Positions 52,457 through 64,000 of a stretch of DNA of 64,000 nt are shown piece after piece. Source of the stretch: Octopus vulgaris. Lineage: Eukaryota. The translations under genes were made by a program, and so were the position numbers. Within the stretch, counting starts at the first letter, position 1; each line of letters begins with the position of its first letter. The DNA lies in contig OX597821.1 in assembly GCA_951406725.2 (NCBI GenBank), positions 95,666,001-95,730,000 on the forward strand, in the 5' to 3' direction. The notes beneath the pieces were generated by a model. It searched no databases. It saw only the letters and a program-made list of their open reading frames with translations, and was not told where the DNA came from.

Positions 52457-52807
52457 GTAAATGATCTGATACATTCATTTGGTTTCACATTCTTATTCTC
52501 TCTATGTTATCTGTTTTTTATCTTTTGGCTTTGATTATGTGTTTTGTTAATGCGTGTGATTGTGCATGTGTGTGTGAGTGAGTGTGTGTTTTTTTTCATC
52601 TCTATTTGTTTTTTCTGTTTATTGCAGTTAGTCTCAATTTATATGTTTTGAATTTGAATGAATTTATCACTACTGTTATAATCACTAATATCTGGAACAT
52701 ATTTTTGCTATGCATTTATTATTTTAAAGCACATTTGCTGATGCTATGGCTCTACACAGACAGTAGAGCCAAATTTAGTTGGAAGATCAAGTTGACTGAG
52801 GTTTCAC

Positions 52808-52850
<43 letters not shown>

Positions 52851-53450
52851 TCTTGCAACAGTTTGATAAGTACCCTGTACCACACTCTTTGCCCTTGAGT
52901 CACTTTGTAACTTCTACCAATTTGAAATAATATATATATATAATTCATTTATATTATGTTTACAAGTAGTTTTATGAACAGAGTAAACATATAATTTAAA
53001 ACTCATATTAGATATTTATCTTAATAGAGTTGTTAACTTACCTTCTATAACTTTTCTTTAAGTTTCATATCAAGAAAAGACACAATCCTCAGATATTCTC
53101 TACAAAAGAAGTAAATCATCTGCTGGTTCTCCTCCACTACTGGTTTTTCTTTCTTTTGGTGGGGAGTGTTTTTGAGTCTGTGAGTACACTTTAGCAGTTT
53201 CCCTGGAAGATTCAAAAGTGATAACCACATGGTTATTTATTTATTTTTTTGTATATGCCTAAAAATAACAATAGTACAACCAGTGAGAGAGCCATAAACA
53301 CAAAACCATGTGGCACCTGCTTTTACTTCTTCCGGGAGTATAGTTAGGGGAAATTATCCCTGCTAAAGTGTGGTTGTTGGTTCAAAGAATTAACGCTTCC
53401 CAATTTTTTTTTGTGTGTATTTATTCAATTCTTTTTTCTATTCTTTGAAG

Positions 53451-53516
53451 ATGAAAGAATTTGTGCCACTGGCTTCAACAGATGAAACAGCAGAATTTTG
53501 GGGGCATGATATTAAA
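53451..53516 (+). CDS. DUF389-family gene exon (MKEFVPLASTDETAEFWGHDIK)
   Basis: tgaag| acceptor after a polypyrimidine tract, AAA|gtgagt donor, 66 nt. FW..DIK-VAR continues into the next exon. Confidence 0.88.
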
Positions 53517-53602
53517 GTGAGTTCTTTTTATATCTGGTCATCTCTTTCCAAAAAAATCACTGATGTGTGTGTGGTGGGGGAGAATGTATTTATATAAATA
53601 AA

Positions 53603-53906
53603 TCTTTATATATAAAACTGAAGTTGTGTGTGTGTTTGTCTACTCCGATTTAGATTCCTAACTACTCCCACATTTTGCGGTGCAGTTTAACCAAAAGTGG
53701 GTATCTTATAGTCGTGATTCATATCGAGCTCTTCTGGGTACAAGCGCGTGTCTACGATGAGTCTATGATTTAAAAAAAAATTTACCATCATTTTTCCACA
53801 TTTTAATGCATTTTTTGCTCGGTTTATATAAGGGAAGTAACTCTCTAAAAATGCTTATATAGTTATTTCCCTTATAAACCCAAGCAACGCCGGGCGATAC
53901 TGCTTG
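53603..53906 (+). mobile_element. Non-autonomous Helitron
   Basis: 5' TC, subterminal GC-rich hairpin cccaagcaacgccggg, 3' CTTG (CTRR-like), inserted between A and T. Confidence 0.75.
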
Positions 53907-54444
53907 TACAGATATACAAAGTTAAATATTTGAAGGACTTAACTGGCTGTCTATTTTGATAACACCAGTTAATGCTCGTCTGCATTTGATTCCTTTCTGC
54001 CATCATGGACACTTCTGAGCAAGTGCATGTGTGTCTGCATGCATAAATTGTATATATGATGTATGTGTGTACCATACATAGCTCAAGTGTCTCAGTTTTG
54101 ACATGGTTCCTATGACTAGATGGCCTTACAAATGCCAACCACTTTACAGAGTGTATTGGGTGCATTTTTTCCTTGACACCAGCATTAGTGGTATCACCTT
54201 TCAGCTCAGAAAATTAAAGAATAAAAATATGATAGAAGCAACAGAATTTTTGCAATGGGAAGTAGAAGAGAGAGTCACAGAGGGAACAGTGTCAATGGAG
54301 AAAAATGGAAGAGACAAAAGAGAAGAGGAAGAGCAATATCAGGGATGCATGAGATCAGTTAAGAGAAAGCTGTAGGGGAAAGATTAGCAAACAATGTTGG
54401 GAAGGAGGTAATGGGAGGGAAAGAGAAAAGTAGCATGAATGGAT

Positions 54445-54512
<68 letters not shown>

Positions 54513-54934
54513 ATTAAAAATAATAAGGATAGTATGATAGATTGAGTTGAAAGAGATGCAATATTAACTGCACTTTGTATGTGGGTTGGTAGAGGTTGGT
54601 GTTTGAGGGAAAGATGATGAAAAGCCACAGTGTATCCTCAAGTTAGCATATCCAAAAGAACCTGGTGACAGAGAAATCAGGAAGGGTAGGTAAGGGTAGA
54701 TATAATTTGCCAGAGTGCAATTTCCCACCCTACTCAAACACCATGATTCAGGTGGATAGAGAAAGGAAAGGAGCAAAATATGGGTGGTGAATGTAGGAGA
54801 GAAGAATATTCAATGTGCACAGATCAAGCACTTTCTTTTAAATTACTGGTGGTATTGCACGATAACAACATTGATTAAGTTTTGTGCAATGACCATACTC
54901 GATAATGAGGGGGCAGCCACCATGTATATATATA

Positions 54935-55433
54935 TATAAACAATTTATAAATAAGGGTAAACGAAAAAATTTCTAATGCCAAATATGCCGAAAATTGGAC
55001 ATATTGTCCATTTACCATATAATTTTTTTCCCAGTACGCACGCTACTTGAAAAAAGGTCGACAGAAATCTCTAAAAAATTCCATTATTACCATATCGGAC
55101 CAATTTCAGGGTTAGTTCAAAAAGAATCTTCCCTTCATCAGTGATACATGTGGCAAAGAAGTAAATGAGATACTTACTCATATCCATGGAAGAAGCAAAC
55201 ACTAAGTCATGAGCACAACTAAGTACCCCAAATAAATCCAAAATAGAAATACTCCAGCCCATTCAAGACAAATGCGATTTGAACTGAGGCACTCACAGAG
55301 TGGGAGAGTCCGGAAGTGAACACTATTAAATCTATATCTAATGTAGGATAAAATTTTTTCGAAAAAAATTTTATCAATGGCATATTTGGCATTAGAAATT
55401 TTTTCGTTTGCCCTTATTTATAAGTTGTTTATA
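54935..55433. mobile_element. Penelope-like fragment with 55-bp inverted repeats and a minus-strand hammerhead motif (55093-55146)
   Basis: 54935-54989 is the reverse complement of 55379-55433. Minus strand: tatca-CTGATGA-aggg...ccct-GAAA-ttgg-TC-cgata. Confidence 0.7.
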
Positions 55434-55884
55434 ATTTAACCTTTAAAGGTATTTTGCATCCACATTCCATGGTGCCATGAGTTCAACATGTTATCACAGT
55501 TCAAGTCAGTTCTTAGAGCTACAATTTGACTAGATGGGTTGGGAAACACATTCTATGTACATGTTCCATTTCCATCATCGTTTCATGGTGATGATCCTGA
55601 AATGGACTTAAGATCAAATACTAGTCAGTTGAGCCAGTAGGCCAGGCCCCACGTTAGTTATTTGAGTCATTGCTCTGTTAAGCCACGAAGGGGGAGGCTC
55701 CAAAAATGGTGCCCATTCTCCCCAAGTGACCCCTGAAACCTACTGGCATGCTACATGTTGAGTTTTTCACTGACTGCATTTGTATAAACAAGCTGTCTCC
55801 AAGTCTCTACCTGGATGTTGTTCCTATTGTCAACCACCTTCCTGAGTCAACAAGATAGATTTCATCAAAGCAACAGCACAACAG

Positions 55885-55915
<31 letters not shown>

Positions 55916-56055
55916 TTGGTGTTGGTGGTGTTGGTGTTGGTGGTGTTGGCGGTGGTGGTGGTGGTGGTAGTAGTAGTAGTAGTAGTGACTGTTTCAGGGA
56001 TCAGAATAAGTTTTGTTTCTTTGTTAATAAACAAGTGTCTTTTTCTCTATTACAG

Positions 56056-56100
56056 GTGGCCAGGGATACCTACAAGACTGTGAAGGGCCCTGAATGTCAG
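56056..56100 (+). CDS. DUF389-family gene exon (VARDTYKTVKGPECQ)
   Basis: tacag| acceptor, CAG|gtgagc donor, 45 nt, phase 0/0. Confidence 0.85.
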
Positions 56101-56563
56101 GTGAGCAGTACTGCACGTATATAGTTCTGTCATATTCCAATTTGTACTGACTATTTTTTAATGTTACATTGCTTATATAGGTGCAGGCATGGCTGTGTGG
56201 TTAAGAAACTTGCTTTGCAACCACCCGGTTTCAGGTTCAGTCCCATGGCATGGCACCTTGGGGAAGTGTCTTCTAATATAGTGCCAGGTCAACTTAATGT
56301 CTTGTGAGAGAATTAAGTAGACAGAAACTGTGGAAGCCAGATATGAAAGCATTAATCATGACATTTTTTCCTCTGTCTTTCTCTCTCTACTTTTTTCCTT
56401 TTATCCTTTTCTGTTGAAGAGCATAGACTTGAAAAGCCAAACACTTTTCCATTCTTCTTGAGACACAAATTAATACACCTGCTTGTTGTTCTCTCACCTG
56501 TCTTTGTCTTTTGTTTTCTGTACATTTGAACTACACACATACATGCACACACACATTCACACA

Positions 56564-56604
<41 letters not shown>

Positions 56605-57251
56605 ACACACGTATATATATATCTGTGTCTATGCCTTTGTGTCTGTGTTTGTCACCATCATCTCCTTTATCTGTTGCTTGACCACTGGTGCTGGTTTGCT
56701 TACACCTCTGTAACTTAGCAGTTTGGCAAAAGAGAGCAATAGAATGGGTACTAGAGTTTAAAGAAAAGTTCTACTAAAACACTTCAAGGCAATGCCCCAG
56801 CTGGGCCACAGTCCACTGAATGAAACAAGTAAAAAATATACATACCCCTATATTGTGTTTGTGTTATAGCATATTATATTCCATGTTGTGTTTACATATG
56901 GCTATATTATGTTATGTATGTATACAGCTATATCATGTTGCTTATATATGGTTATACCATGTATATGCATAGTTACATCATGCGTTTATCTCAGTATATT
57001 GTTTTATGTTATGGAGTTATATTTTACCATGTGTGTTATATGCAAGAGTACCAGACTTGACTTCCAAAATTAACCATATTTTTAAACTAAAGACAAATTT
57101 ATAGATTTATTTTTGCATAATTGCAAAGTTGTTAATCCTACAAATTTAAAATTCTTGCAGTTGAATAATTTTTGAAAAATAAAATTTATTTGCATTGGCT
57201 TTCAGTTGATTTGCTGCATTAATTCCATGGAATATTTATGTTCTGTTTTAG

Positions 57252-57275
57252 CCATACTGCCGAAAAATGGCTCAG
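57252..57275 (+). CDS. Candidate 24-nt microexon of the DUF389-family gene (PYCRKMAQ)
   Basis: ttctgttttag| acceptor, CAG|gttttc weak donor, frame-preserving. Confidence 0.4.
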
Positions 57276-57841
57276 GTTTTCTATTTATTTTTTTACTTTT
57301 TACAAGTTTTAGTCATTATACAGTGGCTATGTAAGGGCAGCTCATTTAAGGGGGTTAGCTGATCATATCAACCCCAGTACATAATGTATAAGGATGTTTC
57401 CTTTAATTTCAATAATATATCAAGCTATACCTTTTTACACACACACACACACAATGCATGCATGCACACACACACACACACACACACACCTTTCCTCATT
57501 CTTTTCCTTTTTTTTCAGAACTTTAGTTAATAGCTGAGCCATTTTGGGCATTATTTCTATGCATAACATCTCAACCCTTTTGGACCCCTTTTCTGTCCAA
57601 ACTAAACCTTGCTGGCTCTTATAAAACCATTCTCCTATCTATAGTCACCAAATGGGACTGTTGATGGAATCTACTATATAAGTAATTACTACTCCTTTCC
57701 CAAACACCAATCGTTTACTATATAACTATAACAATATCGTTTACATTTTATTGACAGATTGCTTACAGACTGCTTAGCCAGAAATACTTGTCTTGTCAGC
57801 AATTTCTGTTTGTGTTCAGACCTGTTTTTCTCTATTTGCAG

Positions 57842-57901
57842 AAACTTTTAGAGAAAGAAAGAAACGAGTTTAAATTGAGGTGCATGAATCAACTGTCAGG
57901 G
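57842..57901 (+). CDS. DUF389-family gene exon (KLLEKERNEFKLRCMNQLSG)
   Basis: ttgcag| acceptor, GGG|gtaatt donor, 60 nt, phase 0/0. Confidence 0.7.
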
Positions 57902-59249
57902 GTAATTAGTCATACTTATATATTTTCTTTCTTTCTTTCTTTCTTTCTCTTCTTCTCTTTCATTATTTCTTCATCTATTTCACACACATATTGACATTAC
58001 CAAACCTGCTTCCCAAAAACTAATCTTCTCCTTCATGGCCAAAAAATACTTTAGCCCTGATCTGTTACTGCCTCAAAACATCAATTCCACCTTCACTACA
58101 TACAGAAAGAAAAAGAAATCTCTGGGGTTTTAGTCTTTGTTTCATTTTAATAAACAACTGACAAAATTTCTCTCACCACCTATGGTGATTTTGTATTTAT
58201 AACACTATTATTAAAAGCTTTGTTAAACTTAATACACTGATTTGCCTTAAAGATAAATTCTCAGTTGCTGGTTTGATTAAAAAATTGTTGACGTATTAGC
58301 AGTGCTAGGTTTATTATCATATTAAACCTATAGACAATAAATTTATAAATTTCAGTAATAAAAATGTGGATTTTAGTGATAATCATTATTGACATTGTCG
58401 CATCATTCAAGGCTGAATCTTTGGACCTACATTTCTGGTGTTAACACTTGTTAATTGTCTTTCCAATCAAAGTGTTACTGTCGTTGTAATAAAATATGCC
58501 CAGTAGCAAGATAAAATCATGGCAATTGAATTTGTGTAGAAATACAGATTTCCAAAGTGGCTGAAGAGATCTCCAGACCTCACAGTACCATCTAACATGG
58601 TGTGTGTCCAGACCATGAAACATCATTCCAGTTGTTTGCACTGATGGGCCAAGGGCTTTTCCTGACTTCATAGCCTTAATTGCTTTATCTACCAGGGTGC
58701 TGTCTATTTGTAATCCTCCTCCTCCCCTCCCCCAGTTCTCTTCCTTAACCCATTTGATACCGACCTGGCTGAAATCGGCTCTGGTTCTGTAGTACAAATG
58801 TCTTGTTTTCATAAGTTTTGAATTAGAATCTTCCATCAAACCTTAGTCACAAATTATGTTTGTAACACTAGCTTAATCGTAACTATGCTATTTTACTAAA
58901 TTTTTGTTATATTTAAAGTAATTGAAAGAAACACCTGCATCCCCAAATAAACATGATAACGAAAGGGTTAAGCAACAGTGATTAGATAGGGCTACAATAA
59001 ATACAGGAAACCTTCCAGATAACTTAGCTCTGTCTTATCTCTTTCGTTACATGCAATATCCCTGAATATCTTCATAACATTTCCTTCTTCCACCTTTTTG
59101 TATGTTGAAATCCCTTCCTTGAGTTGACTCTCTGAACCTACAAGGTGTTTGGGCTAAATTTGACAGTTGTTAAGTCTCCTTTTTTGAGGAACAGCTTGAT
59201 GTATTGGTGAAAAGTTAACAACATTGGAAAGCATTAAGATTAAAGATGT

Positions 59250-59700
59250 AATTGAGAAAAAGTTAGCTCACATGGAGGACTGAAAGTCATATTAGAAAAG
59301 AGTTACTTGTATCATGATGGTTTCAGCTGGGTATCAAAATTCTGACACCATGATTGCTGCTCAATGCTCTGCAAACACTGTAAAGGTTGTAAGACATGAC
59401 CTGACATCATGATAACTAAGTTCCCTCAAATTGTGATGGTCTTTGGGATGTCTCCTGTGAGAGTGACATCATACAATTACACATCTTTGAACAAGGCCTC
59501 AGGCTCAATTCAGATGCCTATGTGAAGCTGCTGGAGACTTGTCAAACACTGGTTGCAAGGGGTTGCTGCTGAAAGGCCATACATAAAGCAGCAGGATTCA
59601 GTTCCTTGTCACACCTCCAGAAAGAGTTAGAAGTAGCGGTTGTTGGAGAATTTCTATAACTTCATCTGTTCCTATTTCTGACCTCTTAATTCCTCCATAG
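59250..59700 (+). mobile_element. Degenerate maT/DD37D-like transposase remnant
   Basis: Readable fragments: KFPQIVMVFG, HIFEQGLRLNSDAYVKLL, QQDSVPCHTS. Confidence 0.6.
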
Positions 59701-60229
59701 GCATATATCTATGGGTATGTGTGTTTGTTTGTGTATGTGTATGTGCATATATATATATATATATATGCATTTAAGTTTAAGTTCATAAGTATGTGGGCCT
59801 ATATAATAGTGCATATACACATGCATGTGTATGTGTGTGCCCCCACTATCACATTAGCCACTACAATAAACACCTCCATCTATTTTTAGAAACTTGACCA
59901 TTATATCTTAATATTCTTCCCTTCCTTTTTGAGATTTTCTACACACTTTAGTAACCCACCCCTTTACCATTTTCTGTACCCATCCCTCCACCCTAGTGCC
60001 TTTCAAACATATCACCCCACATCCACTCCTCACACATATTTATTCCTTACATTCTTATCTCTTCCTATCTTTCCTCTACTCCTCTCGCATCCCCCTCATA
60101 ATATCTTGACCACCAACTAACACTCCTTTTTAATTTTCTCTTCCTCTTTCTTTCTTTGTTCTTTCCTCACCTATTCCTTTTGACCATTCTCCTCATTTTA
60201 ACATACACATTCTTTCTCTCCTCTCTGTC

Positions 60230-60660
60230 TAATTAATACCACCACTACATTCTCAAAATTTCACTCACATCACAAAACCCCTTTGAATGAACAGCACATG
60301 GAATCTACATCTCCACATTTTCCATTTGTAATGACAAAATATGAACACCTACCAAAATTTACATACCATGTACAAGAAGTATTTCTACCACTTTCCTTGG
60401 ATAATGGAACTGGAACTATAACATCTTTATATATATTTTAATTTTTACTTTTATTCTCTTATTGCTATTTATACTTCTTATTTCCATCCTTTTCCAAATA
60501 ACTCCTTATATTGAACTCTACTATTTCCCTCTATTTAACCATATCATATCGTCTCTGATCAAGGGATATCCCTAATATCCCAGAAATGGCATAAGACTAA
60601 CTTTCTCTGTATAAATGTCCTGAAAATTCCACACAGCCTTGGCTTTGTTGTCCCATTTTA
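60230..60660 (+). mobile_element. Penelope-like 3' remnant with mutated hammerhead (60551-60597)
   Basis: gtct-CTGATCA-a-gggata(tccctaa)tatccc-a-GAAA-tggca-TA-agac. G8 is mutated to C without compensation. Confidence 0.55.
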
Positions 60661-61310
60661 TTAAAGACACACACATATTAAGGTATTTATATACTTACTT
60701 ACATACATATAAATAATCTATTAGAAAATCTCTGTATGAGATAGAAGAAGTATACAAACCAAAACGGTAGTGTTTATCACCATTCTAAGAGACAATGATA
60801 CTGCATTTTAACCCCAGTAAAACACCTCCTCCAGCTAATTATTACTGTGTGCTTACGCACTCGCTATTCATTGCATGGAGGAGAGAACTCCTGTTACCCT
60901 AGTCTCAAGACCACTAGGCACATGGGTTCAATCTTTTTACATCTCTTCAGTGGTGAGCACTTGTTTACTAGGAGTGCCATTAGACTAACCTTACCTGCAA
61001 TATATAAAAAATACCGTGTCACAATCAATGATATTGCAACTGGCAATCACATCTGTTAGAAAAGTCTCTGCATGAGGTAGAAGTGGTATATGAACCAAAA
61101 AGGTAGTGTTTATTGTCACTTTAATATGAGTGTTCTTTAAGAGACAAAAATACTTCTATTTTAACCCCAGGAAGACATCTCCTCCAGCTGATTATTACAC
61201 TGCACTTTCACACTAATATTCATTGCAACTGGGAGTGAAATCTCTTGTAATCCTAGCCTTGAGACCACCAAACTATGTGATTTTGATCATCTTGGAGTTG
61301 GATGTCCTCA

Positions 61311-61354
<44 letters not shown>

Positions 61355-63311
61355 TATATATAGATAGAAAGATAGATAAAACTTACTTGGAAAAGGATGC
61401 GTGACGTTCGATCATATAATGATATAAATAATATATAAACATATGCATATATACATGCATATATGTACATACCTACATATATATGTATATATACATACAT
61501 ATATGGGTACAGGACATCAAAAAAACGTTGAACATAAAAACAAACTTTTTTTCAAACAGTGAAAAATACAGGGAAACGTGACATACAACATAAAGAATAT
61601 TCCCCTTCTTCAGTTGTCCCTGTTTCATGTACTCCACATTTCGAAGGCAAGGACAAGACACCACTTCGTTGAAGCAGTCCTTCCCGCAAAGCAAATTAAA
61701 TAAAATTTGGGATTTTTTGCGGATGGTGAAAGTGGTAACAGGAACAGGACAGTGAGAACAAAACAGTAAAAACAAACAGTGAGGGCTGTTAAGCCAAGAT
61801 GATGGAAAAATTAATCTGAACGTTAAGGAAGACGAGCTTATGAAGAGACAGTATAAGCACGTTTAATCTTTACAAAGGTTGTGGGTAGAAAGGTAGATTC
61901 TCTTTCGTCACATGTCAGCGAAAAGAGAGTCGAGGAGGAGGAGTGAGAGAGAAGGAAGGGTGAAGAGGAGAGGAGAAAAATATGGAAGGGTGGGAGAGAA
62001 AACCAGAATGTATGAAGAACAAGAGGGGGAGAGAGATAGACAGAAAAGAGATAGTAAAGATAGAAGAGTGCGCATCATAATTATTAGGATAAAACTTACT
62101 TTGAAAAGGATGCGTGGCGTTCAATAATATAATAAAATTTAAAATATATAAATATATGTGTATCATCATCATCATTTAACGTCCGCTTTCCAAACTAGCA
62201 TGGGTTGGACGATTTGACTGAGGACTGGCGAACCAGATGGCTGCACCAGGCTCCAATCTGATCTGGCAGAGTTTCTACAGCAGGATGCCCTTCCTAATGC
62301 CAACCACTCTGAGAGTGTAGTGGGTGCTTTTACGTGCCACCGGCACAAAGGCAAGTCTGGCGGTACTGGCAACGGCCACGGCCACGCCTGAAATGGTGTT
62401 TTTTACGTGCCCCCTGCACAGGAGTCAGTCCAGCGGCACTGGCAATGACCTTGCTCGAATGCTTTGTTCACATGCCACTGGCACAAGTGCGAGTAAGGTG
62501 ACGCTGGTAACAATCACACTCAAATGGTGCTTTTTACGTGCCACCGGAATGGAAGCTAGACAGCTGCTCTGGCAGTGATCCTGCTTGGATGAAGCTGTTA
62601 GCACACCATTGGCACAGGTGCCAGTCGTCGAATTTGGTTCAATTTCGATTCCGATTTCACTTTCCCCAACAGGTATTTGCAAGCAGAGTTTAGTATCCAA
62701 TGAAGGGAGGTTAGCATGGGTGCTAGTCGTCGAATTTGGTTCGATTTCGAATTCAATTTCGATTTCACTTGACTCAACAGGTCTTCGCAAGCAGTGCTTT
62801 GTGTCCAAAGAAGGAAAAGTATGCATAGGTGGGCTGGCTACTTCCCTGTTAAAGGCCACGGGTAATGGTCTCACTTGTCCTGCTGGGTCTTCTCACACAC
62901 AGCATATTTCCAAAGTTCTCGGTCACTAGTCATTACCTCGGTGAGACCTAATGTTCGAAGGTCATGCTTCCCCACCTCATCCCAGGTTTTCCTGGATCTA
63001 CCTCTTCCACAGGTGACCTCAACTGCTAGGGTATGGCACTTTTTCACACAGCTATCTTCAGCCATTCTCGCTACATGACCATACCAGTGCAATCATCTCT
63101 CTTGCACACCACAACTGATGCTTCTCAGGTCCACAAGGTACTTAAACTATGCATATACATATATATTTGTACACGCCTACATATATATGTATATATACAT
63201 GCACATATGGGAACAGACTATCTCTTCTCTGTCTATCTCTATGTATGTATATAAATATATTCATTCACCCTTCTACTGTGTTCAATTTAAAAGGATATAG
63301 AATAAGTAAGT

Positions 63312-63342
<31 letters not shown>

Positions 63343-63685
63343 ATTTATATTAGAAAAGATGACACAAGAAAAATATAGTTTGACAAATTAGATAGCTGAA
63401 CACTCTAAAGAAAACAAATGCCTAGATTCTACACATAGTTCTCCCTCATTTTCAATTTAAAATTGAAACTTCTAATCCTGCTCAGAATTATCTAGAAATG
63501 ATTTTCACATTTACAATAACTGGCCGCTAGGGTACACCACAATTCTGAATTTGCTATAATGCTTTGAATGTTAATCCTTCATCAAAAGCATAGGAGGGGT
63601 AAGAGAGAGTGTGGGGTGAAAAAAAATTAAATTTTCTTAATTTTTCTATTTTTTATTTACTTTTTTTTATCATTTTCGTTCATAG

Positions 63686-64000
63686 GATCCAACAGGCAAA
63701 TTTGACTCCAGTTCGAAGGTACATGAAACCAAACCAAACAATAAAGTCACCCATGACAATACTCATACTTTGCATGACTCAAAATTTCCCAACCCTGGGG
63801 CGATTGAGCTATCCCCAGGGGTTAGAGTAGCACAACCATTATTTCCTACTTCTCCAGAGCACATTCCCGTTGAATTCTTTACTTCGCGAAGGCATTTTTC
63901 CTATGAATTACAACACAGCCGTAGCAACTCTGAAGAAGCGAATGATAAACATCAGAAATTTCGGCTAGAACCACTTTTCCGTGTGGTGAGCAAGGAAAAA
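63686..64000 (+). CDS. DUF389-family gene, probable terminal coding exon (DPTGKFDSSSKVHETKPNN...EPLFRVVSKEK), runs off the window
   Basis: catag| acceptor after a T-rich tract. 105 codons without a stop in phase 0. Absent from the ORF track because it has no ATG or stop in the window. Confidence 0.75.

Noticed and set aside
63686-63718. 33-nt exon ending at AAG|gtacat
   Set aside because: The frame stays open for 105 codons to the window end, so a long terminal exon is more parsimonious. An internal donor cannot be excluded.

Overview
Eukaryotic, AT-rich, repeat-dense genomic DNA. The SINE/LINE families and the (TA)n/(TACA)n/(CA)n load look like an octopus (cephalopod) genome; this is an inference. 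I found two intron-rich protein-coding genes, both on the + strand. (1) The last four coding exons of COPS5/CSN5 (1782-7536); the 5' exons lie upstream of the window. (2) A multi-pass membrane protein gene of the DUF389/TIGR00341 type, with at least 16 coding exons from 21109 to beyond the window end (>682 aa, phase-consistent GT-AG splicing). Most other ORFs in the track are repeat or microsatellite artefacts. The rest is transposon-derived: a DD37D (maT) and a DD36E Tc1-type element with TIRs, mariner and Tigger remnants, RTE/L1-type LINE fragments, tRNA-derived SINEs, Helitron derivatives, and many Penelope-like fragments. The most notable hidden signal is a set of minimal type-I hammerhead ribozyme motifs in the Penelope-like fragments. 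Their core 3:8 base pair occurs as C:G, U:A and, unusually, G:C. The G:C variant lies in a 337-bp fold-back insertion with a 14-bp target-site duplication, in sense orientation in an intron of the DUF389 gene.
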